Below, piece after piece: positions 28,228-40,296 of a DNA stretch of 64,000 nt. Origin of the DNA: Octopus vulgaris. Its lineage: Eukaryota. The DNA lies in assembly GCA_951406725.2 (NCBI GenBank), contig OX597817.1, forward strand, positions 61,318,001 through 61,382,000. Reading direction: 5' to 3'. The notes beneath the pieces are model-generated. The model saw only the letters and a list, made by a program, of their open reading frames with translations, made no database searches and was not told the origin of the DNA. Position 1 is the stretch's first letter. Each line of letters begins with the position of its first letter. The translations under genes were made by a program, and so were the position numbers.

Positions 28228-28730
28228 GGACTTGACAGAGCAAAGATTGGTACGAACATAAGCCCGAAGGCATCATCGAAATTGATAATGCAAAGATCCT
28301 ATGGGATTCTGTGATTCAGTGCAACCATGAGATAGAGAATAGGAAATCAGACAGTCTTAATTGAGAAAGAAAGCAAACGATGCTGGATCATAGATATAGC
28401 ATGCCCAGCTGACAAGGTATGCGATAAGGAAGAAAGAAAAGTTGAGAGATATGACAAATTAGCTTGGGAAGTAAAGCAGTTGTGGTCGCTGAAAAAGGTG
28501 GTAGTAGTACCAATAATTGTTGGAGCCCTGGGAACAGTGAGTAAAGATCTTGAGAAGTACATGGAACAAGTAGTGGTTGCAATAAGGGTGGACCACTTGC
28601 AGAAAACAGCACTGCTTGGAACCGCTCGAATACTCCAGATGGTGCACGAAAAATAAGGGGTGTTATCTTAGTTCACTGGTAGTGAGCAGCTGACATCGCA
28701 GTACATCCCCGTTAGAAGGTGTGCAAAGAC
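28226..28730 (+). mobile_element. Second R4/Dong-type LINE, RLE 3' fragment in (TAA)n
   Basis: WYEHKPEGII..AKILWD, CWIIDIACP, KEERKVERY..LAWEVKQLW, VVPIIVGALG, LQKTALLGTARIL; TAA tracts on both sides. Confidence 0.92.
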
Positions 28731-28744
28731 AATAATAATAATAA

Positions 28745-29045
28745 TGTTGTTTGTTCCTTCTCGAGCCACGCCTGGCTCATAAGGACCGGTTTCCTTGGCG
28801 TATAGGTTCCCCACCTGGACGAGACGGCGGTCCGTCGCAGGTGAGCTGCAAGATGCTGGAGGAAATAGTGATAGAATGTTGTGGCAAAAGAATCAGCAGA
28901 AGTTCGCCATTACCTACTGCCGGAGCCGCGTAGAGCTTAGGTGTTACGCTCATAAACACACACAAATCACCCGGTCTGAGATTCGAACCCGCGATCCCTC
29001 GACCGCGAGTCCGCTGCTCTAACCACTAGGCCATGTGCTTCCACA
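28745..29045 (-). mobile_element. SINE family D (tRNA-derived, well-preserved A/B boxes)
   Basis: Minus strand TGGCCTAGTGGTTAGAGC (A box) and GGGTTCGAATC (B box); 3' part CCTGCGACGGACC...GTCCAGG...GAAACCGG. Confidence 0.85.
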
Positions 29046-29057
29046 ATAATAATATTG

Positions 29058-29118
<61 letters not shown>

Positions 29119-29164
29119 TGATGATGATGATAATAATAAACATAGAAGGGACAAACAAGGACAG

Positions 29165-29320
29165 ACATAAGTATTAAGTCGATTACATCTACCCCAGTGC
29201 GTAACTGGTACTTAATTTATCGACCCCGAAAGGATGAAAGGTAAAGTCGACCTCGGCGGAATTTGAACTCAGAACGTAACGGCAGACGAAATACCGCTAA
29301 GCATTTTGCCCGGCGTGATT
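29165..29320 (-). mobile_element. SINE family B
   Basis: Reverse complement of the GTTCTGAGTTCAAATTCCGCCGAGGTCGACTTT.CCTTTCATCCTTTCGGGGTCGATAAATTAAGTACCAG body. Confidence 0.9.
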
Positions 29321-29684
29321 GGAAATTGCTTTAAAAGAAAGAATATGAAATTGCAATCGGAGAAACGACAAGCTAACGATTGAGTAAGTAGGTAGGTAGG
29401 TAGGTAGGTAGGTAGGTAGGTAGGTAGGTAGGTAGGTAGATACATAGACACGCACACAGATATATAGGTACGTACGTACGTACGGAAGTACTTACGTGCG
29501 TTGGGACGTAGGAAGATAGGTAGGCAGGCAGGCGGGCGGGCAGGCAGGCAGTCATTGCATTTGCTGATTTAGAAACACAGACGAAATTTTAGAACGATAT
29601 TAAAAGTGACGGCTGAAACGAATCTATGTTATGTATGGAAGCTGGTTGGTGTGCATTGCGACATACGTCCGTACAGTATGTATG

Positions 29685-29765
<81 letters not shown>

Positions 29766-29799
29766 ATATATATAGTGTATATATGTTCTCTTTTTCTTT

Positions 29800-30330
29800 T
29801 TATTCTGGAGTCAATTGTGACTGAGCACCTGCTTGGTAGCAAGGTTGTGAAGAAAAGCATCTTGTTCTGTTCGTCATCCTTTAAATCTTAAGAAGGTTCT
29901 GCAGATTTTATAATCCCAGATATCGTGATTATTTCTAGTGTATGAACTAAGGAGTTATGCTCTCCCTCTCAAGAACCCTAGTTCAGCCATACTTTGTTCC
30001 AGGTGAGTTGGTACGTACCCTGTTGCTTCAATAATAATAAGTATGAAGCTGAAAGTGAATCTTGAGTCCTGGATTTTCAAATTCCTCATCAATGGTCCAT
30101 AGATGTTCTCTTTCTCCTGCATTTTCGAACCACATCGATGTCCAGAGGGCAGCTGATTTCCACAACAAAGTATATCCTTTTTTTTTCTTGTGGTCCTACA
30201 CAACAGTGTCTGACTGGTTGTGTTTTTAACTCGGTGACTGTTTTAATTTGTAAGTTCCGCCAGTATCATTTGGACTCATCTGTCAGAAGAATATGTTTGT
30301 ATTTATGTGAGTATGTATGAATTTTCTCTT
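29800..30330 (-). mobile_element. R4-clade LINE, RLE 3' fragment
   Basis: VVEISCP.D (frameshifted), QEKENIYGPLMRNL, IIIEATGYVP, ISGIIKICRTFLRF. Confidence 0.8.
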
Positions 30331-30354
30331 CTGTTTTTAATTATTTGAATTCTT

Positions 30355-31780
30355 TCTTTGAGCAAGGAGCTGGTTTCTAACTAAAATGCAAAACTCCGTA
30401 TTTGGAATGTAGATAACAAAAAAAACCGTCATATTTTAACTTTTAAAAAGTCTTGCATAATTTTACTGTTCCGCTTACAGATTGGATTTGCAACGTGTGA
30501 GTTGGTTGATTTCTTTCCCTGAAAGCCCTAGCTAATGCAGATCTTCACTTAGGCATTCACTCACAAAACCAAGGACACCAATAATTATTGGCATAACTGT
30601 AAATTTATAATCTGGGTAGAAAGCCTGGTAGTTTCGAAGCAGTTGTCCTTTCTTTCTCTTTACTTTTTAAAGAGAAATTCCTATCGGCAGGGCAACTGAC
30701 CTCTATGACGGTACATATTTTTTTCTTGCCCGTCCCAGCCGACAATACCCGGCCTGTTTACATTTGACAGATGTTTTGATGGGAATATTTCATCACTATT
30801 CCTTGTGTTGATATTTGTGTTCAATAACAAAGGATTCTCTATATTTATTCCAGGACATTCTTTTTTCTTTTATCCGAATGGCATTGTATATTGCTCTTGC
30901 GACTACGTCACCATCTCTATTTCACTGTTTCTCTTTATTTTTTCTTTGTTTTAGATATTTCGTAGCTATCTCCTGTTCTTGGATTCCAAATGCCTATCCT
31001 TTGAAGTGTAATTTAAAGTAGCGGTCATGAATCCAAGAGAGGCTTCGCTTCATGGCGATATTACTGTCTTCTACAAATTCTTAGGAAATATACCCATGCT
31101 TAGTCTTTTTGGGGGGTATGCTGAGCATTTTGCATCAAGGTCTTCTTTGAGGCACGTTAGTCTGGCTGTTTTGGGGTCGAAAGGGAGACCATCAGGAAGA
31201 GGGTGCTTTCTGAGGAGCTCAATTCCAACACGCAGGATATTGTTCTCTTCACTTTTCAGCACTAAGTTAATGTATTTATTTTTGCTGTTGTTGTTTAGCA
31301 AGTGCTGTCTGAGAAAGACCATGCGACATTCAAAGGTTGTCTGCACTGATCTCCAGCTCCCCGCTAAATCCTTTATCCCTTCATAGGTAGAGCCTGTCGA
31401 TATCACTATTTTTGTGGTGATTTCCAGTTTATGTTAGAATCTTGCAGGTTTTAATGTCTATGGAGTGGATTTCTTCTACAGACCAGTCAGGTATCTCAAA
31501 TGTACAAATTCAATTACACTGAAAATGCATCGTGGAATATTGTTTTGTTGTATGCGGAAAGTTCCGACTGTTGTGTTTTCCTAAATCTGGAATAATAATC
31601 TCAGGTCACTCTATCTTTATTCACAGTACCTTCATCAATGTCTGGGTACTGTCGCATTCTTTGTGTGGAACAGGAGAGATGGTGAATCCATTGGTGCATA
31701 GATTTGGGGTCTCGGGGACTGATTTTCCCAGTTCAACAAATATGAACACTTCTTTTGGCCAAATTCCATTCCTATATCAG
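30355..31780 (-). mobile_element. R4-clade LINE (RT end and RLE) pseudogene
   Basis: DIGMEFGQKKC, NIPIKTSVKC, ICTVIEVSCPAD, FTVMPIIIGVLGFV, QSVSGTVKLCKTF. Confidence 0.85.
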
Positions 31781-31858
31781 CTGAAAATGTGAGTGTGTGT
31801 GTGTATGTGTGTATGTGTGCGCGCGCGTGTGAGTGTGTGTTGTTTCATTTGTTCTTAC

Positions 31859-32028
31859 ATCGGTTTCGGGCGTCCTGCTGTTCGATCTACTAAACGAGTT
31901 ATTCTTCTTTACTATTCTTGTTGAGAACAAAGGTCTCAAGTTGTTTTCCGCACCAAGCAAATGGTATACAGGCATTTTGCCCTCAACCGCAACTAGCAGA
32001 TCCACTCCAGTGGGCAAGTGGGTAATTT
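31859..32028 (-). CDS. Candidate coding exon of an unknown gene (phase 1 to phase 0)
   Basis: Unique 170-bp island, open in frame (ITHLPTGVDLL...RTPETD), ending at a GTAAGA donor; the CAG acceptor has a poor pyrimidine tract. Confidence 0.3.
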
Positions 32029-32034
32029 CTGCCA

Positions 32035-32405
32035 TCGTTACTACCACCACCACCATCATCACAGACCCCCATTCACTACAACCACAACCACCATAACCAC
32101 CTCTACTACACCTACCACCATCATCATCGTCGTCGTCGTCATCGTCCTCATCATCATTATCAATACTACATTCACCACCACCACACTCCCTCCCACTACC
32201 ACCCACCACACTCCCTCTCACCACCACCACACTCACTCCCACCACCACCACACTCACTCCCACCACCACCACACTCACTCCCACCACCACCACACTCCCT
32301 CCCACTACCACCCTCACCATCTTCTTCCCCTTCATCATCATTATTATACTCATTGTCATCGTCGTCGTCGCAGCCGCCATGGTCGTCGTCGTCGTCGTCG
32401 TGGTC
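32035..32405. repeat. Compound CAC/CAT/CGT repeats with a 21-bp minisatellite (CCACCACCACCACACTCACTC)
   Basis: Directly visible; explains the His/Val-rich ORFs. Confidence 0.9.
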
Positions 32406-32554
32406 ATCGCTCTTATCGCCCTCCCTGTTATATTTGACGAGTTCTTAATCCTTTTAGGATGTTTCCACTTGACTCTCTTATCTCACGTCTCTACCTCCAG
32501 CATGCCTGCCATACAAGCTCCGAGGCAAATGCCGACAGACTATTGTTATTATTA

Positions 32555-32609
<55 letters not shown>

Positions 32610-32999
32610 ATCTTATTTCAATAGTCTTATCGTATTTTACAGAATACTTACAGATATTCTATGCTCGAAATTGGACGAGTATACCTTATGCAACTCTTTC
32701 CGTCCTTTTTTCTCTATATTTCTTTTATTTATTCTGTTATTTATTTATTTATTTATTTATACTTTTGTTTGTTTGTTTTGTTGGTTAGTTGGTTGGTTAT
32801 TTTGCTTTTGAGCATGGTTGCGTGGTATTTCGCTTTACAACTCCGTGGTGTTTCTTCTGGTTCGATTCTAGTGTGCAGTGTGTTGAAGAATTGTCCTCTA
32901 TCAAAGATGTGAGCTGACCAATACTTCGCGACAAGCATTTCTTTGACAGAAATGCTATGGAAGCCATCCGTACATGTATGAGGGTCTTTCTTATTCTGT

Positions 33000-33064
<65 letters not shown>

Positions 33065-33161
33065 CAGGCAGACAGATAGATAGGCAGGCAGACAGACAGA
33101 CAGACATACAGATAGACAGATAGATAGACAGATAGACAGATTGACAGATAGATAGACAGAT

Positions 33162-33575
33162 AAGTTTCTTTATTGGCCACACAGGGCTACACACAGATGG
33201 GACAAGTTACAAGGTAGAGCTTTTCTTTTGGGGGAGAAAAAAAAAGATGGCGTAGGTTTTCGATCAAAAGGGATCGTAAAAGGGAAAAAAAAGGAAAAGA
33301 AAAAACAAAATAAAAAAGAGAAAAAAAGAAAAGAAAAATGAAAAAAGAAGAAAAAAGAGGAATAAGGGGGAGAGGGGAAAAAAACGATCAATAGGGATCG
33401 TGTATCACAGTGTCATGATGTATGGTGTAAAGGGAAAGCAAGAAAGGTTTATCCGTGGGAAGAAAAGCCTACGAAAAAGACCACGGTAACCTTGGTCAAT
33501 ATTACCGTGGTCTTTTTCGTAGGCTTTTCTTCCCACGGATAAACCTTACTTGCTTTCCCCTTTACACCATACATC

Positions 33576-33576
<1 letters not shown>
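33162..33576 (-). mobile_element. LINE 3' UTR with a 5' fold-back, inserted in (GATA)n
   Basis: Minus strand ends GCCCTGTGTGGCCAATAAAGAAA; 33416-33489 and 33502-33576 are near-perfect inverted arms; GATA tracts on both sides. Confidence 0.75.
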
Positions 33577-33660
<84 letters not shown>

Positions 33661-33679
33661 TGCGCGCGTGCGTGTGTGT

Positions 33680-34015
33680 GTGAAGGGACATGACTCAGTG
33701 GTTAGAGCATCGGGCTTACAATCGTGAGGTTGTGAGCTCGAATCCTGGACCGAGCTGCGTGTTGTGTTCTTGAGCAAGACACTTTATTTTACGTTGCTCC
33801 AGGTCATTAACTTGTAGAAATGAATTGCGACGTCACCGGTGCCAAGCTGTACCGGCCCCTTTGCTTTTCCCTTGAAGAGCATCGATAGCGTGGAGTGGAG
33901 AGAGTAGTGTGCATGGGAGACGTCGCTGGTCTTCCACAAAGAAGCTTACTCGGAATTGTGTCGCGGACGGGAAATTTCTAGATGCAATCTCATAGTTATT
34001 CATGACCGAAGAGCG
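33680..34015 (+). mobile_element. SINE family C-like (tRNA head and TTGAGCAAGACACTT domain)
   Basis: TGACTCAGTGG A box, GAGCTCGAATCC B box, GTTCTTGAGCAAGACACTTTATTT CORE/V-like segment. Confidence 0.82.
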
Positions 34016-34033
34016 TTTTCTATACATACATAC

Positions 34034-34127
<94 letters not shown>

Positions 34128-34374
34128 TTGTATATACGACTGGCTTCTTTCAGTTTCCGTCTACCAAATCCACTCACAGCGCTTTAGTCGACCTGAGGCT
34201 ATAGTAGAAGGCACTTATATATCATTTAATAAACACAATACATGTTTTTATGTGCTACTACTGGTTTCAGTGCCAAACATTGTCTTATAGCATGTCAGAC
34301 ATCTGGGCACTGTCATTAGACATTGCCTACATGGCATGTGGGATAAGGCAATGGTTGGCACGTTCTCAGCACAT

Positions 34375-34722
34375 GAAACTAATACATGAAAATCCAACCA
34401 AATACACATGACTTTCTTTTCAAACCGCCCTCGTTTGACAAGTTCTAAAGCCTGACCGGAACGAATACACTGAGTTCTCTTATTACGATTAGGAAAATAG
34501 ATCCATTTTTCATTAGGAGACATATTTCGACGTCAAAAGCGGTCAGGGCGACGATTTGCCAGCAGTCATTTGCAAATGTTCGCACGTCGTTGAATCCGGT
34601 CATTGGTCAGTTCATGAAGAGTTTCTGGACAGCGTATGTTCACAAGGCCAAGCTTATGCAGGTGTTGATTGATGGTGCTTCGTGGAGGACCAAGCTCTGC
34701 CTCTAATGTACGAGTGTTGACG
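34375..34722 (-). mobile_element. mariner transposase fragment (pseudogene)
   Basis: TRTLEAELG..STINQHLHKLG..HELT..QRRANIC..NEKWIYFPN..FEKKVM (DEKW catalytic motif region), with internal stops. Confidence 0.8.
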
Positions 34723-34908
34723 GACGAAACATCGCCAAGAATTTTGCCCGGCGTTCTTACGATTCTGGCAACTCGTTGTCTTCGCCTTGATGAGGATAAT
34801 CGTTGACCGTAACGTTTTGTTTTCCTCGAAGCATGAATTTATTTGAAGTTAGCATTGCATAAATATCACACAATAGATGTGCTCAGAACAGCAACAGCAG
34901 CGGCTTAC

Positions 34909-35038
34909 CTATTGCTTCACATGCGGTTGATGCCTTTGAAGTAGTATGTCTCAGAACAACTCTATTTAAAAAGAAAATACAACGGACCAAATTTATATTT
35001 ACCAGAATGCAGATTATTACAAGTCTGCCACATGTCAT
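34909..35038 (-). CDS. Candidate first coding exon of an unknown gene
   Basis: AAAAC-ATG, 43 open codons (MTCGRLVIICILVNINLVRCIFFL...CEAI) plus one G, then a GTAAG donor; an internal TTTTCTTTTTAAATAG acceptor allows an alternative shorter exon. Confidence 0.3.
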
Positions 35039-35616
35039 GTTTTCCAAAATATATTCTGCGCAGGCAATTTATTCCAACGGTAATAACAACAACAACACTT
35101 TGGCAACAACAACAACAACGATAGTCTAAACTGCAAAAGCAATAACTGTAACGTTAAATACAACTACAACAAGAGAAATAGCAAGTACACTCGAAACAAT
35201 AAATAGCTAGAACATCAAAGAGATGAAAGGAATAGAACAGGCTGCAGCAATTGCAGTAAACGAAATTGCGAGAGATTCCCCGAGGTATCGTCTTCTAAAG
35301 TGATTCAAACCCTCTGACGTATTTGGACGGTTTCGTGAGGAGGGATAGTGAGACAAATTATTGAGAGACGACGGCGAAGCGAGTTTGTTGTACAATTTGG
35401 GAAGAAGTTAACTCGGCTGAATTTTAGATACGCACATATGTATGTGCAAATATATATATATATATAAAGGAAATGAAGAAAATGCTGACAAAATAATTTA
35501 AGTAAGGGAGAGTGTATTTAATTAGGTGAAAGTTCTTTTTACCGGTTGCGCATTTGTTATGCTTATCAAAAGATATTTTGAGTGAGATAGAGTTCCTTCC
35601 TGATTGATTTTTTTCT

Positions 35617-35686
<70 letters not shown>

Positions 35687-35910
35687 CATTGTACGCATGT
35701 GTATGTGTGTGTCTGTGTGTAATACGTGAATATTTGTAATTATACGTATACGTTTATTTCTTTTATCTCTTATCTTTTACTTGCTTCAGTCGTTAGACTG
35801 CGACCATAATGGGGCACACCTTGAAAATTTTTAGCCGAACGAATCGACCGGTTGTCAAGCGAATGTGACGGACAAACACTAACACAATGACTCGTATACA
35901 TACATACATT

Positions 35911-36080
35911 ATGGCTGCCCCCTCGTTATCGAGTATAGCCATTGCACGAAGCTTAATTGTTACTGGTGCTGTAATCGAATGTGACTTTTTAGCCCAGCTA
36001 AAGATCTACAATGTCTTGTACAAAATTGGCAACTAAAACCTTTACTGGTAATAGCCGGCTGTAGTTGTAACTGGGCTTCA
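35911..36080 (-). mobile_element. RTE (BovB-like) LINE extreme 3' end with C2H2 finger
   Basis: FSCQFCTRHCRSLAGLKSHIRLQH* followed by a CTCG-ATAA-CGAG stem-loop tail; sits in (TACA)n. Confidence 0.78.
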
Positions 36081-36757
36081 TATACATACATACATACATA
36101 CATACATACATACATACATACATACATACATACATACATACATACATACATACATACATACATACATACATACATACATACATAAATATATAGACATGTT
36201 GAAAAACGGTTTCCAGCTTCTGTAGATGTGACTTGATGAATGCGTAGGAGCAGATGAATTCGCTTTACTTCCGCTCTATTTGCGCCACACACCTGCTGAA
36301 TCCTGCGCCTTTTAAGGTCGCATGGTAACAGTGTTGATAGGATCGTTGTCGACTACCACCCGAGCTCTGAGAAGTAGATCTATTTCTGAAGCGTTCCAAT
36401 TTCTTGGCGACATCTTTGCTGTGCTAGTGACTTCCTTTTGCGTGTTGTGTGGCTCTATGTATGATTCGTAGGTAGGTGTTGAGGGAAGAGCCTTCTTAAA
36501 AGTGGGATGTCAAATATAAAATGTGAAGTCGATATATGCACAAGCTTTGTAATATAAAAATAACTATATAAGGTGTAAAGCCAAATTCAAATGCGACAAA
36601 GTTTTCCGAAAATCAAAAATTTTGCCCATACGGTATTTTTTCGGTTGACATTTTAAACCTCGCAGCGTGCGTGCAGGAATTTACGAGCTCGCGTCTCTGG
36701 TTCAATGCATGTTTATACTGGAACAGGATGAAGAACTTTTTTTACATACACACACAG

Positions 36758-36837
<80 letters not shown>

Positions 36838-36934
36838 GTATGCATGTATGTATGTATGTATGTATGTATGCATGTATGTATGTATGTATGTATGTATGTA
36901 TGTATGTATGTATGTATGAATGTACGAATATGAC

Positions 36935-37870
36935 AAGCAGTCAAGGAAACTTCCGATGTTAATCTTCTAGAGAAAAACCTAGATGCCGTATATAAATGGG
37001 CTGAAGAAAACAACATGCAATTTTTATGCAGAGAAATGCCAATTCCTCCGCTTATGCTCACATGCCGCAAGAACGATTATTTGAACTAAAAGGAGCGACA
37101 ATCCCAGCGTCATGTACAGTGAGATGCCTGGCGATTGTTATGAGCAGCAACGCCTCTTTTGATGTGCATATTATGTGAAATATGCAGGCTGGGTGGTTTC
37201 TGAGAACTTTCAGAACAAGGGGCCACGAAACTACGTTGGTTCTATAGAGGACATTTGTCCTCAACCGTCTCGACTGCTGCGCTCAACTGTGGTCACGCTA
37301 CAGGGGCAATTTAATAGCAGAACTTGAAGCAGTTAATCGGTGTTACACCAGGAAGATTGCATCAATGGAACAACTGAGCTACTGGAGGAGACTGAAAGAT
37401 CTACGACTCTACTCCAAGGAGCTGAGACGAGAGAGATGTGCAGTGATATACGTATGGGAGATCCTGGAAAGGTTGGCACCAAACTTTGGCATCGAAAGCT
37501 AAACCCGCCTCCGAACTAAACTTGACTGCACTGTTCCAAAAGTCATAGCTATCCCGTCTAGAGTGAGGAACATATACTGCAACATCTTGGGATTCAAGGT
37601 CCCACGGCTATTTAATACTTTGCCAAAACATCTGCTGGATCTACATGGGGTAGGGGTAGATGTTTTCAAGAAGCAAATTGACTTCCTGCTGTCCAAGGTC
37701 ACAGATAAACCAAAATCAAAGCAAGAGATTCAAACGAGGACAGTAGTATCGAACTCTCGACTTCATCAAAAGCTAATCGCATAAGAATGGCCATTGAGAA
37801 GGCGATATTACTGGCAGTGCTCCAGAATGGCCACAGCCTTTGGGCTGAAACGCATAAGGGAATAGAATAA
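36935..37870 (+). mobile_element. CR1-clade LINE 3' fragment
   Basis: [65 protein letters not shown]; tail GCAGTGCTCCAGAATGGCCACAGCC..GGCTGAAAC. Confidence 0.9.
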
Positions 37871-38548
37871 TAAAAAAACTATAGGCCCATTCAGAGGCAT
37901 ATGTGTGTGGATGGATCTGTGTCTTTTAGACGTGAAAATGGGTTTCAGGTGTCTTCAGTCAATCGTCACAACATTGCGATTGTCTGAAGAGAAAGTAAGA
38001 GACTGAGCGGGAAACGGTTCGCGACGGAAAGCGGTGATGGAGAAAACAAATTTAACACGGAAAAATGGAGGAACGAGATAAAAAAAAAAAGAAGTAACAC
38101 AGAAGCGATGAGGGAATAATGGAAAAGACAAAAGGATAAGAGAAAAGGCTTACTCATGCATTAATATGGATGAGGTCGAGTGACAACTGATGATGTAATG
38201 AGGAAACTATTGTACGCTGCGAGAAATCATTCCAGATGTCTTACGAAGTTAATATGGCTTCTGTGTGTCTATGGTCCCGCTTGCTTCAAGCATATTGAAG
38301 TCTGAACTTATATATATATATATATATATTTATATACATATAGATGTGTGTAGATGTATATACGCACGCATATATACAGATATAAGTATATATATTATAT
38401 ATATAGACATACACGCATATATGTATGCATGCATGTAAAATGGCCCTTCATCATATATGTATGTATGCATGTATGTATATATGTATGTATATATAAGCAT
38501 ACCTATGTAATAACTTAATACATGGACATACATACATACATACATACA

Positions 38549-38580
<32 letters not shown>

Positions 38581-38738
38581 AAGAAAACGAGAAAAATATG
38601 TATGTATATTATGCGGATGTCGTTTGTAGTTTCAGAACCAACTTCTCATTTTCCTCTTTCTCTCCCCCACTCTCTCTCTCACTCTCTCTCTCTTTCTCTA
38701 CTTCTTCCTCTCTCTTTCTTTCTTTCTCCCTCTCCCAC

Positions 38739-38779
<41 letters not shown>

Positions 38780-39386
38780 GTTTATGTGAAAGTGAGTCTA
38801 CGTGGTTATTTAACCTTCCAAAATCAGTAGCCAAATCTCCTCTAAACAAATCCCTCCTACCTTAAAGAAAACGTAGGGAAATACACTGTAAACTTCCACA
38901 ATAACAATATCTATATCTATGAACTTCCACATCTGCGCAGGTGACACACACACACACAAACACATGTAGTGTACCTACGCCAATTCAAAGTCCTGAATTG
39001 GTACTTTATTTATCGACTCCGAGAGGATAGATGGTGACGTTGACAATGACGTCCAGTTTCCTCCGACAGCGAGGAACACTGAAGTGTGTTTGTGGATAAC
39101 AGATACGTAGATTTTCGTCGTAAGCTGGAGGCTATTGTGTTGCTTCTAGACAGGCGAAGAGAAATAAACTCAGGTTTAATACATATTAATGTAAATTTGA
39201 ATTTGAAAAATAACATTATTTGGGTATAGGCAATTAAAGGAGTTAAATTAAAAGAGCCGTCTATGTGTCATACTTAATTTATATACACCGTTGATTGACC
39301 AGTTTCTGATATACTCCTCCTGAGATAGATGACTATTCTAATGAAAGGCGCCTTCAATTGCGTGTCCCTGGTTTTTGTTCAACCAG

Positions 39387-39604
39387 GCGGTTATTCATAA
39401 TAACAGTGAATCTTATATTTACTGTTTCTTGTATCGGGGTGGAGGGGCATTTCTCGTCCAGGCATATGGCTGGCTGCGAGCACTCACCGCTGACAAGGCG
39501 CAACGAGGCCAACTACATCGGACGAATATTATTCGCCTCCTAATATTATTGCGTATTCAAATCAGCACGTCCATAAACGATGTTATCTCGGGGCGGATAC
39601 TGCA
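39387..39604 (+). other. Possible exon (coding or lncRNA)
   Basis: TTTTTGTTCAACCAG acceptor and GTAAGT donor around a unique, GC-richer 218-bp island with one open frame; no recognisable homology. Confidence 0.25.
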
Positions 39605-40032
39605 GTAAGTGGCACATCGACACATTTATACATTAAATATGATACTTCGATAGCTATTTTTATTATATAATTGTTCTAGAACATTTTCTGTGAATAATTT
39701 TTTTTTTGTTTTTGTTTTTGTGACGTAGATTAAGACAAAGAAAAATTGCTGTGGATTTCCTGAGTTAAATATAGTTCATTGTTGTTTGAATTCCTTGAAT
39801 GGTAACTGAAATCAGTCATGTGTGGAGTTAGGTTAGAGTTTCGTGAGCTGAAACAGATGTCCCATAAGAACAATGGCTGATACGCATAGTTTCCGACACA
39901 CAAACTGATACGACAGGCTTAAATATAATAAATATATGCAGAGCAATGCCAGTGGGTTTATCATACATATGCACATATTCCTGACATATACATACACATA
40001 TATATATATATACAAATATATATATATAAAAG

Positions 40033-40085
<53 letters not shown>

Positions 40086-40296
40086 TATATATATGTATAA
40101 TATAGATAGATATATCGAGATAGATAGATAGATAGATATAGACAGACAGATATTCTCCTACATAGACACATACACACGCACGTTTATACATACATGCATG
40201 CATGCATGCTTATACATATATGTATGTATGTACGTACGCATGCATGTATGTATATATACATATATACATATGTATACATATATATTTATATATACA

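Noticed and set aside
28975-29045. tRNA-like sequence with good A and B boxes
   Set aside because: No convincing acceptor stem, and it continues into a SINE body; treated as a SINE head. tRNAscan-SE would settle it.
32205-32300. Regular 21-bp repeats superficially like an array
   Set aside because: No unique spacers; a minisatellite derived from (CAC)n, not CRISPR. The window is eukaryotic and has no cas genes.
35960-36292. C2H2 zinc-finger-like peptide suggesting a host ZNF gene
   Set aside because: A single finger followed at once by a stop and a LINE-type stem-loop tail, embedded in (TACA)n; it fits an RTE ORF C-terminus.
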